From the NCBI RefSeq assembly GCF_900199515.1, contig NZ_LT963434.1, positions 1,428,051 through 1,442,127 on the forward strand: DNA of 14,077 bases, in the 5' to 3' direction. Positions 1 through 7,399 of the stretch are shown here, piece by piece. The stretch's first letter is position 1. Every line of letters starts with the position of its first letter. Made by a program: the position numbers and the translations under genes. This DNA is from Massilicoli timonensis. GTDB taxonomy: Bacteria; Bacillota_I; Bacilli_A; Erysipelotrichales; Erysipelotrichaceae. Under the pieces are notes generated by a model. It had not been told where the DNA came from, made no database searches, and saw only the letters and a program-made list of their open reading frames with translations.

Positions 1-182
1 GTATTATAACAAATTTCCTCTTTTTTTATAATCTTTCTGTTTTTTATATGTGGAAAGTGTAACTTATCTAATAAAAAAGAATCCGAAGAGCTTATCCGCT
101 GTCAGATCGAATGACAACAAAGCTATCCCCGAATTCTTTATCCTATGTATATGGATAGGATGATCGAAAGAAAACACGGCTT

Positions 183-1757
183 CTAATGAACGGCGGCATT
201 TTCTTCTATCGTTTGCATAGACGCATGCTCTTTTTCTTCCATTTGCTTGATCATTTCCCGTGCGATGATCGTCGAACAGTTGCCTAAACGCAATAAATAT
301 CCATCTTTTGATTCTAGGATGACATAAGCACCGGCCGCTTTTAATTCATCGAAATCAACTAAGCTGCGATCTTTCAAAGCCACGGTCATTTTATCCGGCG
401 TATGATCGACGCTGATCAAGTTGTCGATGCCTCCCAGTCCGCGTATGACGGTATCGCTGTACTGTGCGACATTTCCCATATTGAATAAACCCACAGCAAG
501 TTTGTTGAAGTAAAAGCGGGTCAGGAAAAAGAAAGCCACTGCGGCAACTAAACCGACGATCAGCAAGGCGATGACAGAATCATACAGATCCGGCAGACGA
601 ATATATTGCAGCAGGTCTAAACTGCTTCCCGGATTGGCATAAAGCAGGTCATCTTGGAAGAAATAGCCGATCTGCACATGCAGCAAGGAAAAAGTCGCAT
701 ACAGGATGCCGACGATCAATAGATACGCCACATATAGAAGCGGCGATAAGATCAGCATGACGAATTCCATCGGCAGCGCATTTCCGCAAACAATCGTCAG
801 TGCGATCGCCAAAATGATAAACGGCAAGTAACGCAGTTTATCTTTGCGGCTGCTGACCAAGGAATAGTAGCCAAGGATAAAAGCAGGCATCAAAAATAAA
901 TTGATCACATAATAAGGGGTAATGAACTTACCGACCGTTGCCGGCAGCTTCGCTGTCATTTCATAAGTCCAGACGCTGACATCTCCCATATATTTTACAC
1001 CGGCAGAATCTAAATAAGTGCCACCCCATTCACCAAACCAGAAGATGCTGCGAGAAATATTCTGCATGCCCGATACCGCACCGAAGCGATCGATCACACC
1101 ATAATAAAACAGATTCATCGGATTGGAGGTGTCTGACGCAATCAGTTCAAAGCATATTTCCATCAGATCAATTACATATGGCCAAACAAAGCCGACCAGT
1201 ACCGCACTGCCTGCACATAACAGCAAGGCAATGACCATGGAATACGTATCATGATCCAAAAAGCCGAACATACCTTCCATTAGATGACTGCGTGATTTAT
1301 GATAGGAATAGGAAACGATCCAATAAACGATAAATAACGGCAGGATCCCCATGCGATAAGGAGCGAAAAAGGTCGTTACATCGTCAATGGTCTCTGTGAT
1401 TCCAATTCCCAGAATGCTCTCATAGTAATATGCCGGATCACCGCTTTCCGCGATAAACATGACGACGATCAAGAAAATAAAATATCCGGCAATACCGACA
1501 ATGATCGGCACATTGGATGCGAATTTTCGGGATAAGATCTTAATGAACATGAAAAAGGGAATCAGTTGAATGGTAAATCCGCCAATATACTTTAACAGTT
1601 CCGCAAAAAGGAGCAGGTTTTCATTTTCTACATGCCACAGAATATCGGCAATCACAGGATTTGTGATCGCGGAACCGATCCCCAGCAACAGCGTCGCAAA
1701 AAACAACAGTTTGATCGGAAATTGCACATGTCCAAGCAGGGAATGCCATCTCGACAC
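183..1757 (-). CDS. PTS glucose-family EIIC-like permease with a C-terminal EIIB-like domain lacking the phospho-cysteine
   Basis: 524-aa ORF, strongly hydrophobic and multi-pass over about the first 430 aa, with an N-terminal ...LLLGIGSAI... segment as in EIIC(Glc) proteins. The C-terminal ~85 aa (GLGGIDNLISVDHTPDKMTVALKD...) align by eye to the EIIB(Glc) pattern LGGxxNIxxxDxCxTRLR. The Cys position is Thr453 (codon at 399-401) and the TRLR motif is absent. Confidence 0.6.
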   Translation of the reverse strand: MSRWHSLLGHVQFPIKLLFFATLLLGIGSAITNPVIADILWHVENENLLLFAELLKYIGGFTIQLIPFFMFIKILSRKFASNVPIIVGIAGYFIFLIVVMFIAESGDPAYYYESILGIGITETIDDVTTFFAPYRMGILPLFIVYWIVSYSYHKSRSHLMEGMFGFLDHDTYSMVIALLLCAGSAVLVGFVWPYVIDLMEICFELIASDTSNPMNLFYYGVIDRFGAVSGMQNISRSIFWFGEWGGTYLDSAGVKYMGDVSVWTYEMTAKLPATVGKFITPYYVINLFLMPAFILGYYSLVSSRKDKLRYLPFIILAIALTIVCGNALPMEFVMLILSPLLYVAYLLIVGILYATFSLLHVQIGYFFQDDLLYANPGSSLDLLQYIRLPDLYDSVIALLIVGLVAAVAFFFLTRFYFNKLAVGLFNMGNVAQYSDTVIRGLGGIDNLISVDHTPDKMTVALKDRSLVDFDELKAAGAYVILESKDGYLLRLGNCSTIIAREMIKQMEEKEHASMQTIEENAAVH

Positions 1758-1913
1758 ATCATCACCTCATTTCTTGTTTATTATACTATGAAATCCTTAC
1801 TTGATTCAAATAGAAATCGTTTTCCCTGCAGCCTCCGGTAAAATTCATGCAATTCTTTTGAAAATAATCAGGAGAATACATGTTATAATAGATAACAGTG
1901 AAAAGAAAGGAGA

Positions 1914-3131
1914 ATGTGTTTGGAAAAACCTCTTGCGCGTGTAAAGGTACCGAAGCGTTATGATTATTTATTGATCATAGCAGTGGTTTTAATGGGGATG
2001 ACTTCACTGTTAGCCATTTATTCTGCTTTTCCGCTGCTGAATGCAGATGTTTCGGGGACAAGGCTCATCATACAACAGTCGATGTGGTTTGTGATCGGTT
2101 GTGTGGTAGCGGCGATCATTCTTTATCTTGGCAATGACAATTTATTTGAACTGGCGAAACTTGGCTATTATATCCTTCTGGGTATGCTGGCTGTTTTGTT
2201 CGTAGGCAAGCTGACCAATGCTTATCTTGGGTTTAATCTGCCTTTTATCACGCCTGTCAATGGAGCAGTTTCGTGGTTTCAATTTCCTTTCGGCAGTTTT
2301 CAGCCAAGCGAGTTTATGAAAGTGATGTTGATCATCATTACGGCAGGGGTCATTGACGAGCATAATCAAAATAAGGAATTTCATTCTTTTCAAAGTGATA
2401 TACAACTTTTTATCAAGATCATTAAATGGCTGGCGGCACCGGCTGTCCTGATCTTTATTCAGCCGGATACAGGTATTTTGTTGGTGATCTTGATTGCGTT
2501 GGCGATGATGATCGCGTGCTGTGGCATTCGCAGGGAATGGCTGTTTTTAGCAGGGGGATTGCTTGTGGCGGTGCTGGCGGTGTTCTTCTATCTGTACTAT
2601 AATCACTTTTCGCTGTTATCTGATCTGTTCGGTGATCCTTATAAGCTGCGCCGTTTTGTCGGCTGGCTGGATACGGAAAATAATAAGATCGGCGCGGGGC
2701 AGCAGTTATATACGGCGCTTTTGGCACTTGGATCTGCCGGGATCACGGGACATGGCATGCAGTCGGAGGTTGTGAGTTTGTTGGAACCGCAGACGGATTT
2801 TATCTTTGCGGTGTTCGGGCAGGATTTCGGACTGATCGGCGCGCTGTTTATCGTCGGTTTATGTCTGTTTCTGGATTATCGGCTGTACCGGATCTTGATC
2901 ATGAGCGATCAGCAGTTTGACAAGTTGATCATTTGCGGTACACTGGGAATGCTGCTGTATCAGCAGATTCAAAATATCGGCATGGTAATCGGATTATTGC
3001 CGATTACCGGGATCACGCTTCCTTTTATTTCGTATGGCGGTTCATCGTTATTGTCTTACTTTATCATCATCGGGGTGGTTTTGAATACGAGTGCGAAGAA
3101 CACGAATGTAAGGAAAGGGTTTTTCTTATAG
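1914..3131 (+). CDS. SEDS-family peptidoglycan glycosyltransferase (FtsW/RodA/SpoVE)
   Basis: 405-aa polytopic ORF with family hallmarks: QPSEFMKV, QPDTG, PQTDFIFAV and GLLPITGITLPFISYGGSS. GGAG at 1909-1912 lies only 1 nt from the ATG at 1914, so the in-frame TTG at 1920 (7-nt spacing) may be the true start. Confidence 0.92.
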   Translation: MCLEKPLARVKVPKRYDYLLIIAVVLMGMTSLLAIYSAFPLLNADVSGTRLIIQQSMWFVIGCVVAAIILYLGNDNLFELAKLGYYILLGMLAVLFVGKLTNAYLGFNLPFITPVNGAVSWFQFPFGSFQPSEFMKVMLIIITAGVIDEHNQNKEFHSFQSDIQLFIKIIKWLAAPAVLIFIQPDTGILLVILIALAMMIACCGIRREWLFLAGGLLVAVLAVFFYLYYNHFSLLSDLFGDPYKLRRFVGWLDTENNKIGAGQQLYTALLALGSAGITGHGMQSEVVSLLEPQTDFIFAVFGQDFGLIGALFIVGLCLFLDYRLYRILIMSDQQFDKLIICGTLGMLLYQQIQNIGMVIGLLPITGITLPFISYGGSSLLSYFIIIGVVLNTSAKNTNVRKGFFL

Positions 3132-3458
3132 TCCGATAGTGTTGGATCATGGGAATGGTTGGTTATAAGGAATCGATCATAACAGTTAAAAATGGAAAAG
3201 GGCCGTCATAAAAGACAAGATTACTTGACTATAAGATGGCTCTTTTTGTTTGTATCATGTGCGCATGCAGTTTCCTGTTCAATGATCCATAGAGATAATA
3301 AATGTTTTATCGCACAATTACTTGATGAAAGGCTGGCTGCCTTGCTTATGATGAATGACAAGTAGTTGCGTTTATTTCAAACGGTCATGCTATTTGATAT
3401 GCTCTTATAAAGATAACGAATCATCATGTGTCGATTGCGTACAATTCGTCTTTTCTGT

Positions 3459-4541
3459 TTATTTGTGATGGTGCTGTAATTTGAATATTGTTTTTTGTGC
3501 CTCGATTTCTGCTCGTAATTCTTTATCAGTCGGCAAGTAGAGTTTATATTTGCTTGTAAACAACTGCTCGTTTCCTTTCAAAACCGAATACCGAGCAATA
3601 TCTTCATCTGTATCGGTACAAAGAATGATTCCGATCGTCGGATTATCTCCCTCTGTGCGTTTCGATTCATCATACATTCTTACATACATGTCCATCTGTC
3701 CTACATCTTGATGTGTTACTTTTTCTGTTTTCAAATCAATTAGGACAAAACATTTCAGATAGTAATTATAGAAAACCAGATCAATAAAGTAATCCTGTTT
3801 CTCAGTATGAATATGTTGTTGCCTAGCAACAAAAGCATATCCTTTGCCGAGTTCTATCAAAAATTTTTGAATATTGGAAATAATGCTTTTTTCAAGATCT
3901 GTTTCTGTAAAATCAGTGTTTTGAGATAAGCCCAGAAATTCTGCTATTACTGGATTTTTGATGAATTCTAGTTTGTCATATTGATAATTTGAAGTTATTT
4001 GTTCCATCTCTTCAATCACTGCTTCTTTCGCTTGTGATTGAAGCAGACGATAATAGTATTGTGATGAAATATTACGTTGTAAGGTTCTAACATTCCATGT
4101 TTGTTCAACTGCTTCGTTCTCATACCAGTTGCGTGCTTTATCATCTTTTACCTGTAGTAGAGTACGAAAATGAGACCAACTTAGTAATGCTCCAGATTTT
4201 CCACACAGCGTGTGGAAAATGTTCGGGTACATTTTATAGAAAGAGTAAAAACTATAAAGATTTGTTTTTGTATATCCTTTGCCATACTGTTCTGTAAGTT
4301 TTTTTGATAATTTCCTTATAAGTGTTGCTCCATATTCAGCACGATCTTCACCTTTCAGTTCTTCTTCAGCAATTCGTTGACCAATCAACCAATTACGATA
4401 TACCAAAGCAACATTAACAGCCTGATATGCGCTTTTTTGAGATGTATCAATAATGTATCTCAGATCTGAAATAATATCATCTGTCTTTTGCACTTTAATC
4501 AACTGACTAAAATCTATCAAATGATGATTCATCATGTTCAC
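3459..4541 (-). CDS. DUF1016 / YhcG-like PD-(D/E)xK nuclease-domain protein
   Basis: 360-aa ORF. The N-terminal helical region (YQAVNVALVYRNWLIGQRI...YGKGYTKTNLYSFYSFY...LSWSHFRTLL) and the C-terminal core (GKGYAFVARQQHI...DYFIDLVFYNYYLKCFVLIDLK) match the YhcG/DUF1016 family pattern as I remember it. The D...(I/V)DLK restriction-endonuclease-like motif is present. The sampled line is about 32% GC, below the left flank. Confidence 0.8.
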   Translation of the reverse strand: MNMMNHHLIDFSQLIKVQKTDDIISDLRYIIDTSQKSAYQAVNVALVYRNWLIGQRIAEEELKGEDRAEYGATLIRKLSKKLTEQYGKGYTKTNLYSFYSFYKMYPNIFHTLCGKSGALLSWSHFRTLLQVKDDKARNWYENEAVEQTWNVRTLQRNISSQYYYRLLQSQAKEAVIEEMEQITSNYQYDKLEFIKNPVIAEFLGLSQNTDFTETDLEKSIISNIQKFLIELGKGYAFVARQQHIHTEKQDYFIDLVFYNYYLKCFVLIDLKTEKVTHQDVGQMDMYVRMYDESKRTEGDNPTIGIILCTDTDEDIARYSVLKGNEQLFTSKYKLYLPTDKELRAEIEAQKTIFKLQHHHK

Positions 4542-4913
4542 CCTTTCTTTTTCACATCAGTTATCTTTTGTTCCTATTTAAGCCATTGATTTTTATTCTT
4601 ATATTCCTTGAACTATTTAATTGAATTGTATGATACGATCAGCAGACACTTGTAAATCGCTCAGATTTATCCAGTCCCCCTTTCATCTTTTATTGCTCCA
4701 TAATACATATGTCAAAACAGTCAGAAAGCGTGTTTGTGTTATGGAATCATGCTGTATTCGCTATATCAAAACGATGATGATTTCTAATAACAGATAACGG
4801 TTCACAATTTATGAGTATGAGATGGCAACAGATGCAAATTATTCTAATGAGTTTTAAGAATATTGATTAAATCAAGTGATGAAGATACGACATCCTCAAT
4901 ATAAAATAAGTGC

Positions 4914-4945
4914 AAAAAAACTTGTAAATCCTATAGAAGATTCAC
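4914..4945 (-). terminator. Weak candidate intrinsic terminator downstream of the WYL regulator gene
   Basis: Minus-strand reading gives GTGAATC-ttctatag-GATTTAC (7-bp stem with one mismatch, 4924-4945), then aag and a T7 run (the A7 on the plus strand at 4914-4920). It sits about 55-85 nt past the stop at 4999. The stem is AT-rich and imperfect. Confidence 0.3.
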
Positions 4946-4998
4946 TAAAACTGTAATTAAGCCGATAATTGAAAGATTGCAGACGCAACAGGTATTCT

Positions 4999-6000
4999 TT
5001 AAGAAACCTGATACTTTTTCATATTTGATGCAAGGATCTCTTTTATTTCTTCCCTAATATCAGTCGGTTCTAAAAGTTCACAATATTTCAGGTATTGTAA
5101 GGCAAAGTAAATGATACCTTGTCGGGAAGCAGATACGCTTACGTCGAAATAAGGCTGATTGCGGTAAGGAATGATCATGATCTCATTGCCGAATAAATCG
5201 ATCACATCGTCTAAAATAGAAAGATGACAGCGCAGGATGACTTTTTGGACGGCACCGCCAAACATAAACGGTTTTGTACTGGTATAGGTATAGGGGTCAA
5301 AATCACGTTTGATCGTGGTATCGACATCATGCTCCAGTAATTGAATCCGAGTAATTTTATCGACACGATAATGAATGATGGAATCTTTATGCCGCTTATG
5401 AGAACCAATCAGATAAGTATTTCCGTTTTCCGTTACGATATGAATCGGATATACGATATGAAGCTTTTGATCTTCACATTTCATTTTCTTATCTACGGTA
5501 TAGTGCATATAGTAAAAGGTTACGGCACATTTTTTATCAATCGCATCCAAGATGACTTCGATATTCAAAAAGAAGGCTTTATTAGGCGATTTTTTTCGAT
5601 TATGAATGACCTGTAAGTAGCGATACTCTTTTTGGAAGTAAATGCTTTGCGTTTCCATTAGCTTTTCTATGAGCTGTTTTGACTGTGAGGCGGGAATAAA
5701 ATGGGCGCTGTGGATGGCGTTGATCAGTAGAAACACTTCGCTTTTTTCAAGCTGACGATCGACAAGATATTTTCCGTCGTTGATACATTTCGCATTTTTG
5801 ATGTCAATGCCATAGTCCTGCAACGCTTGTATATGATGGTAAAGGGTACCGCGATTTATCTGGATTTGATACTGCATTTCCAAATGACGCAAGATCTGGG
5901 TGGAATTAAGCGGATGGGTTTCATCGCTGTACTGCTTCAAAACAGAATAGATATAAAATAATAAGACACGACTTTTTTCCATAGTGATCACCGCTTTCAT
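4999..6000 (-). CDS. wHTH + WYL-domain transcriptional regulator
   Basis: 333-aa ORF. The N-terminus (RVLLFYIYSVLKQYSDETHPLNSTQILRHLE...INRGTLYHHIQALQDYGIDI) looks like a winged HTH. The central block (VTFYYMHY...HIVYPIHIVTENGNTYLIGSHKRHKDSIIHYRVDKITRIQLLE) fits the WYL-domain pattern, with TYL in place of WYL followed by the (F/Y)RxD(R/K)I motif. The C-terminal ~100 aa resemble the extension typical of these regulators. The ATG at 6000 has no SD. Met7 (ATG at 5982-5980) is preceded by GGTGATC and may be the real start. Confidence 0.75.
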   Translation of the reverse strand: MKAVITMEKSRVLLFYIYSVLKQYSDETHPLNSTQILRHLEMQYQIQINRGTLYHHIQALQDYGIDIKNAKCINDGKYLVDRQLEKSEVFLLINAIHSAHFIPASQSKQLIEKLMETQSIYFQKEYRYLQVIHNRKKSPNKAFFLNIEVILDAIDKKCAVTFYYMHYTVDKKMKCEDQKLHIVYPIHIVTENGNTYLIGSHKRHKDSIIHYRVDKITRIQLLEHDVDTTIKRDFDPYTYTSTKPFMFGGAVQKVILRCHLSILDDVIDLFGNEIMIIPYRNQPYFDVSVSASRQGIIYFALQYLKYCELLEPTDIREEIKEILASNMKKYQVS

Positions 6001-6024
6001 TGTATCATATTTTTATGTTATGAG

Positions 6025-6042
6025 TGTTCAAAATTTTGTACA
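6025..6042. promoter_or_regulatory. Candidate operator: 18-bp imperfect palindrome in the divergent WYL / HIRAN intergenic region
   Basis: TGTtCAAAATTTTGtACA is self-complementary at 16 of 18 positions (one symmetric mismatch pair). It lies 24 bp from the WYL ORF ATG at 6000 and just upstream of a TATAAT hexamer at 6053-6058 that faces the HIRAN operon (RBS AGGAG 6071-6075, ATG 6085). Confidence 0.35.
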
Positions 6043-6084
6043 GCATTTGAAATATAATTAAAGTAAAGAAAGGAGAAGTGCATT

Positions 6085-6384
6085 ATGAATGGAACGTTTA
6101 TAACCATTACCGGCATGCAGTATTATTTTGGGAAGGAAGTATTTCGTGTAGATCAGATCGTAGTGCTGGAAAAGGAACGTGATAATGAGAATGATGATGA
6201 AGCAATCAGAGTGTGCAGCGATGCAGGTGTTACCTATGGATATGTGGCAAACAGCATTTATACAGTAGCAAGGGGAACAAAGAGTGCCGGCAGAATTTAT
6301 GATCTGTTCAAACAGACGACACATGCTAAAATTTTATTTATTACAAGAGAAAGCATTATTGCACAGGTGCTGGTTGGGGAATGA
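6085..6384 (+). CDS. Standalone HIRAN-domain protein (predicted 3-prime DNA-end / ssDNA binding module)
   Basis: 99-aa ORF with AGGAG 9 nt upstream. ITGMQYYFGKEVFRVDQIVVLEKERDNENDDEAIRVCSDAGVTYGYVANS aligns by eye with the HIRAN core as I recall it from HLTF (VVGLRYYTG...EMVALQRDPNNPYDKNAIKV...G.QVGHL). The shared pattern is G-x-x-YY-x-G, V-x-L-x-R/K, N-x-x-D-x-x-A-I-x-V, then G-x-V/L. Confidence 0.65.
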   Translation: MNGTFITITGMQYYFGKEVFRVDQIVVLEKERDNENDDEAIRVCSDAGVTYGYVANSIYTVARGTKSAGRIYDLFKQTTHAKILFITRESIIAQVLVGE

Positions 6385-6385
6385 T

Positions 6386-7075
6386 ATGGCGTTTATCAGA
6401 GAGTGGCTGATGAGGTGCTGTGAAGAGATACTGGTACGACTGTATGCGAAGGAGAGCGGATTTGCTTTTACGGTGGAAGCGGGCGATGTATACTGGTGTG
6501 AGATGCCGATTTCGAAACAACAGTTGTTACTGGTGCCGCCGGGGCATCGGGTTCGTCCTTTTGTGATCGTAGATAAATGTAAAGGTGGATTTTATGGATA
6601 TACGTGTACTTCCGGTGATAAGAACTTAAAGCGGTTTTACTTTATTGACAAGAAGCAATATGGGATGAGAAAATCTTCATATGTGATGATCGATAAAAAA
6701 ATAGAGATTCCTTATGGGAAGGTGCGAAGTTATTATTATCATTTGAAGGAAGAAGATTATCTTCAGATGCTCGCAATGACAAAGAGGGAGGAAACACTGT
6801 CTTTACCGGAGGAATTGGGGATCGGTTCGATCGTACAAAGTGAAAAAAGGCTTTTTTATATTTATCAGGTCAAAAAGCGTTATTTTTTGGCACATGAATT
6901 ACTGTTGGAAAAGCCATTACATGGCGCTGCGCGGATCGTGGCTTGTAAGCAGGGGCGCTATTATATTGATTTTTTTAGCGAGAAGCGATTTAAGGTAGAT
7001 GCGAAGTTGGAAAAGGTCATGCAGTTATCACGAAAGGACTGTAAAAAGCTAGAACAGGAGAAAAGTAGTCTATGA
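6386..7075 (+). CDS. PemK/MazF-like (SH3-barrel toxin-fold) protein with ~100-aa C-terminal extension of unknown function
   Basis: The ORF track opens this frame at 6284, overlapping the HIRAN gene. The ATG at 6386 has GGGGA 5 nt upstream and sits 1 nt after the HIRAN stop, giving 229 aa. AGDVYWCEMP...GHRVRPFVIVDK...CTSG...SSYVMIDKKIEIP matches the MazF/PemK pattern GD(I/L)(W/Y)xVxF.P..G.E..G.RPxVV(L/I)....C..T(S/T).....S.V..DQI..(I/V). Residues ~125-229 (nt ~6758-7075) are not recognised. Confidence 0.55.
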   Translation: MAFIREWLMRCCEEILVRLYAKESGFAFTVEAGDVYWCEMPISKQQLLLVPPGHRVRPFVIVDKCKGGFYGYTCTSGDKNLKRFYFIDKKQYGMRKSSYVMIDKKIEIPYGKVRSYYYHLKEEDYLQMLAMTKREETLSLPEELGIGSIVQSEKRLFYIYQVKKRYFLAHELLLEKPLHGAARIVACKQGRYYIDFFSEKRFKVDAKLEKVMQLSRKDCKKLEQEKSSL

Positions 7076-7093
7076 GAAGGAGGGCGCAGGACA

Positions 7094-7270
7094 ATGAAAA
7101 AGAATGATCACGAATCATACGATGTGTCAGTTTGGATTGGGTGGATCTGTATCATTTTGTTCTATATTGCTATCCTTGCGGGAATTTTTGTCTTTGTGAA
7201 GTTATATTGGATGGAATGTTTATTGGGAGGGAGCATTTGTCTGTTGTTATGGATCCTGTATAAGAAATGA
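7094..7270 (+). CDS. Small two-TM membrane peptide (58 aa), last gene of the HIRAN/MazF-like cassette
   Basis: Not in the supplied track because it falls below the length cutoff. My translation is MKKNDHESYDVSVWIGWICIILFYIAILAGIFVFVKLYWMECLLGGSICLLLWILYKK. There are two clear hydrophobic helices flanked by charged or Lys residues. AGGAGG at 7078-7083 lies 10 nt upstream. The gene starts 18 nt after the upstream stop. Confidence 0.5.
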   Translation: MKKNDHESYDVSVWIGWICIILFYIAILAGIFVFVKLYWMECLLGGSICLLLWILYKK

Positions 7271-7399
7271 ATGAGATGATATAAGATGTTTTATAGTAAG
7301 TGCAGGGGTTTAATTGGAAGCGGTTTCGTGTTATTCTTTTATCAGACAGGAAAGATTCATGCTTTTCCATAATAAATCATCAAAAAAGGAGGAAAGATT

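Noticed and set aside
138-163. Hairpin TTATCCTAT-gtatatgg-ATAGGATGA about 20 nt downstream of the PTS gene stop (minus strand)
   Set aside because: The stem is reasonable, but neither strand has a following U-tract. I cannot call it an intrinsic terminator, and its function is unknown.
3192-3365. 57-aa plus-strand ORF (MEKGRHKRQDYLTIRWLFLFVSCAHAVSCS...) in the gap after the SEDS gene
   Set aside because: It has no Shine-Dalgarno sequence upstream and no recognisable motif. It could be a gene remnant, but I cannot support it as a CDS.
4648-4930. 11-nt direct repeat ACTTGTAAATC at 4648-4658 and 4920-4930 in the non-coding gap between the DUF1016 and WYL genes
   Set aside because: The match is short, in AT-rich DNA, and has no flanking extended similarity or associated mobile-element gene. 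It may be chance. The second copy overlaps the weak terminator hairpin.
6284-6385. Upstream extension of the MazF-like ORF (track start at 6284), overlapping the HIRAN gene by 101 nt
   Set aside because: There is no RBS at 6284 and the extension (MPAEFMICSNRRHML...) has no recognisable features. The ATG at 6386 has a GGGGA SD and abuts the HIRAN stop, which is the more parsimonious start.
7170-7370. 66-aa minus-strand ORF overlapping the small TM gene and the cas9 upstream region
   Set aside because: It has no SD upstream, a low-complexity and unremarkable sequence, and lies antisense to a plus-strand ORF with clear TM helices and an RBS.
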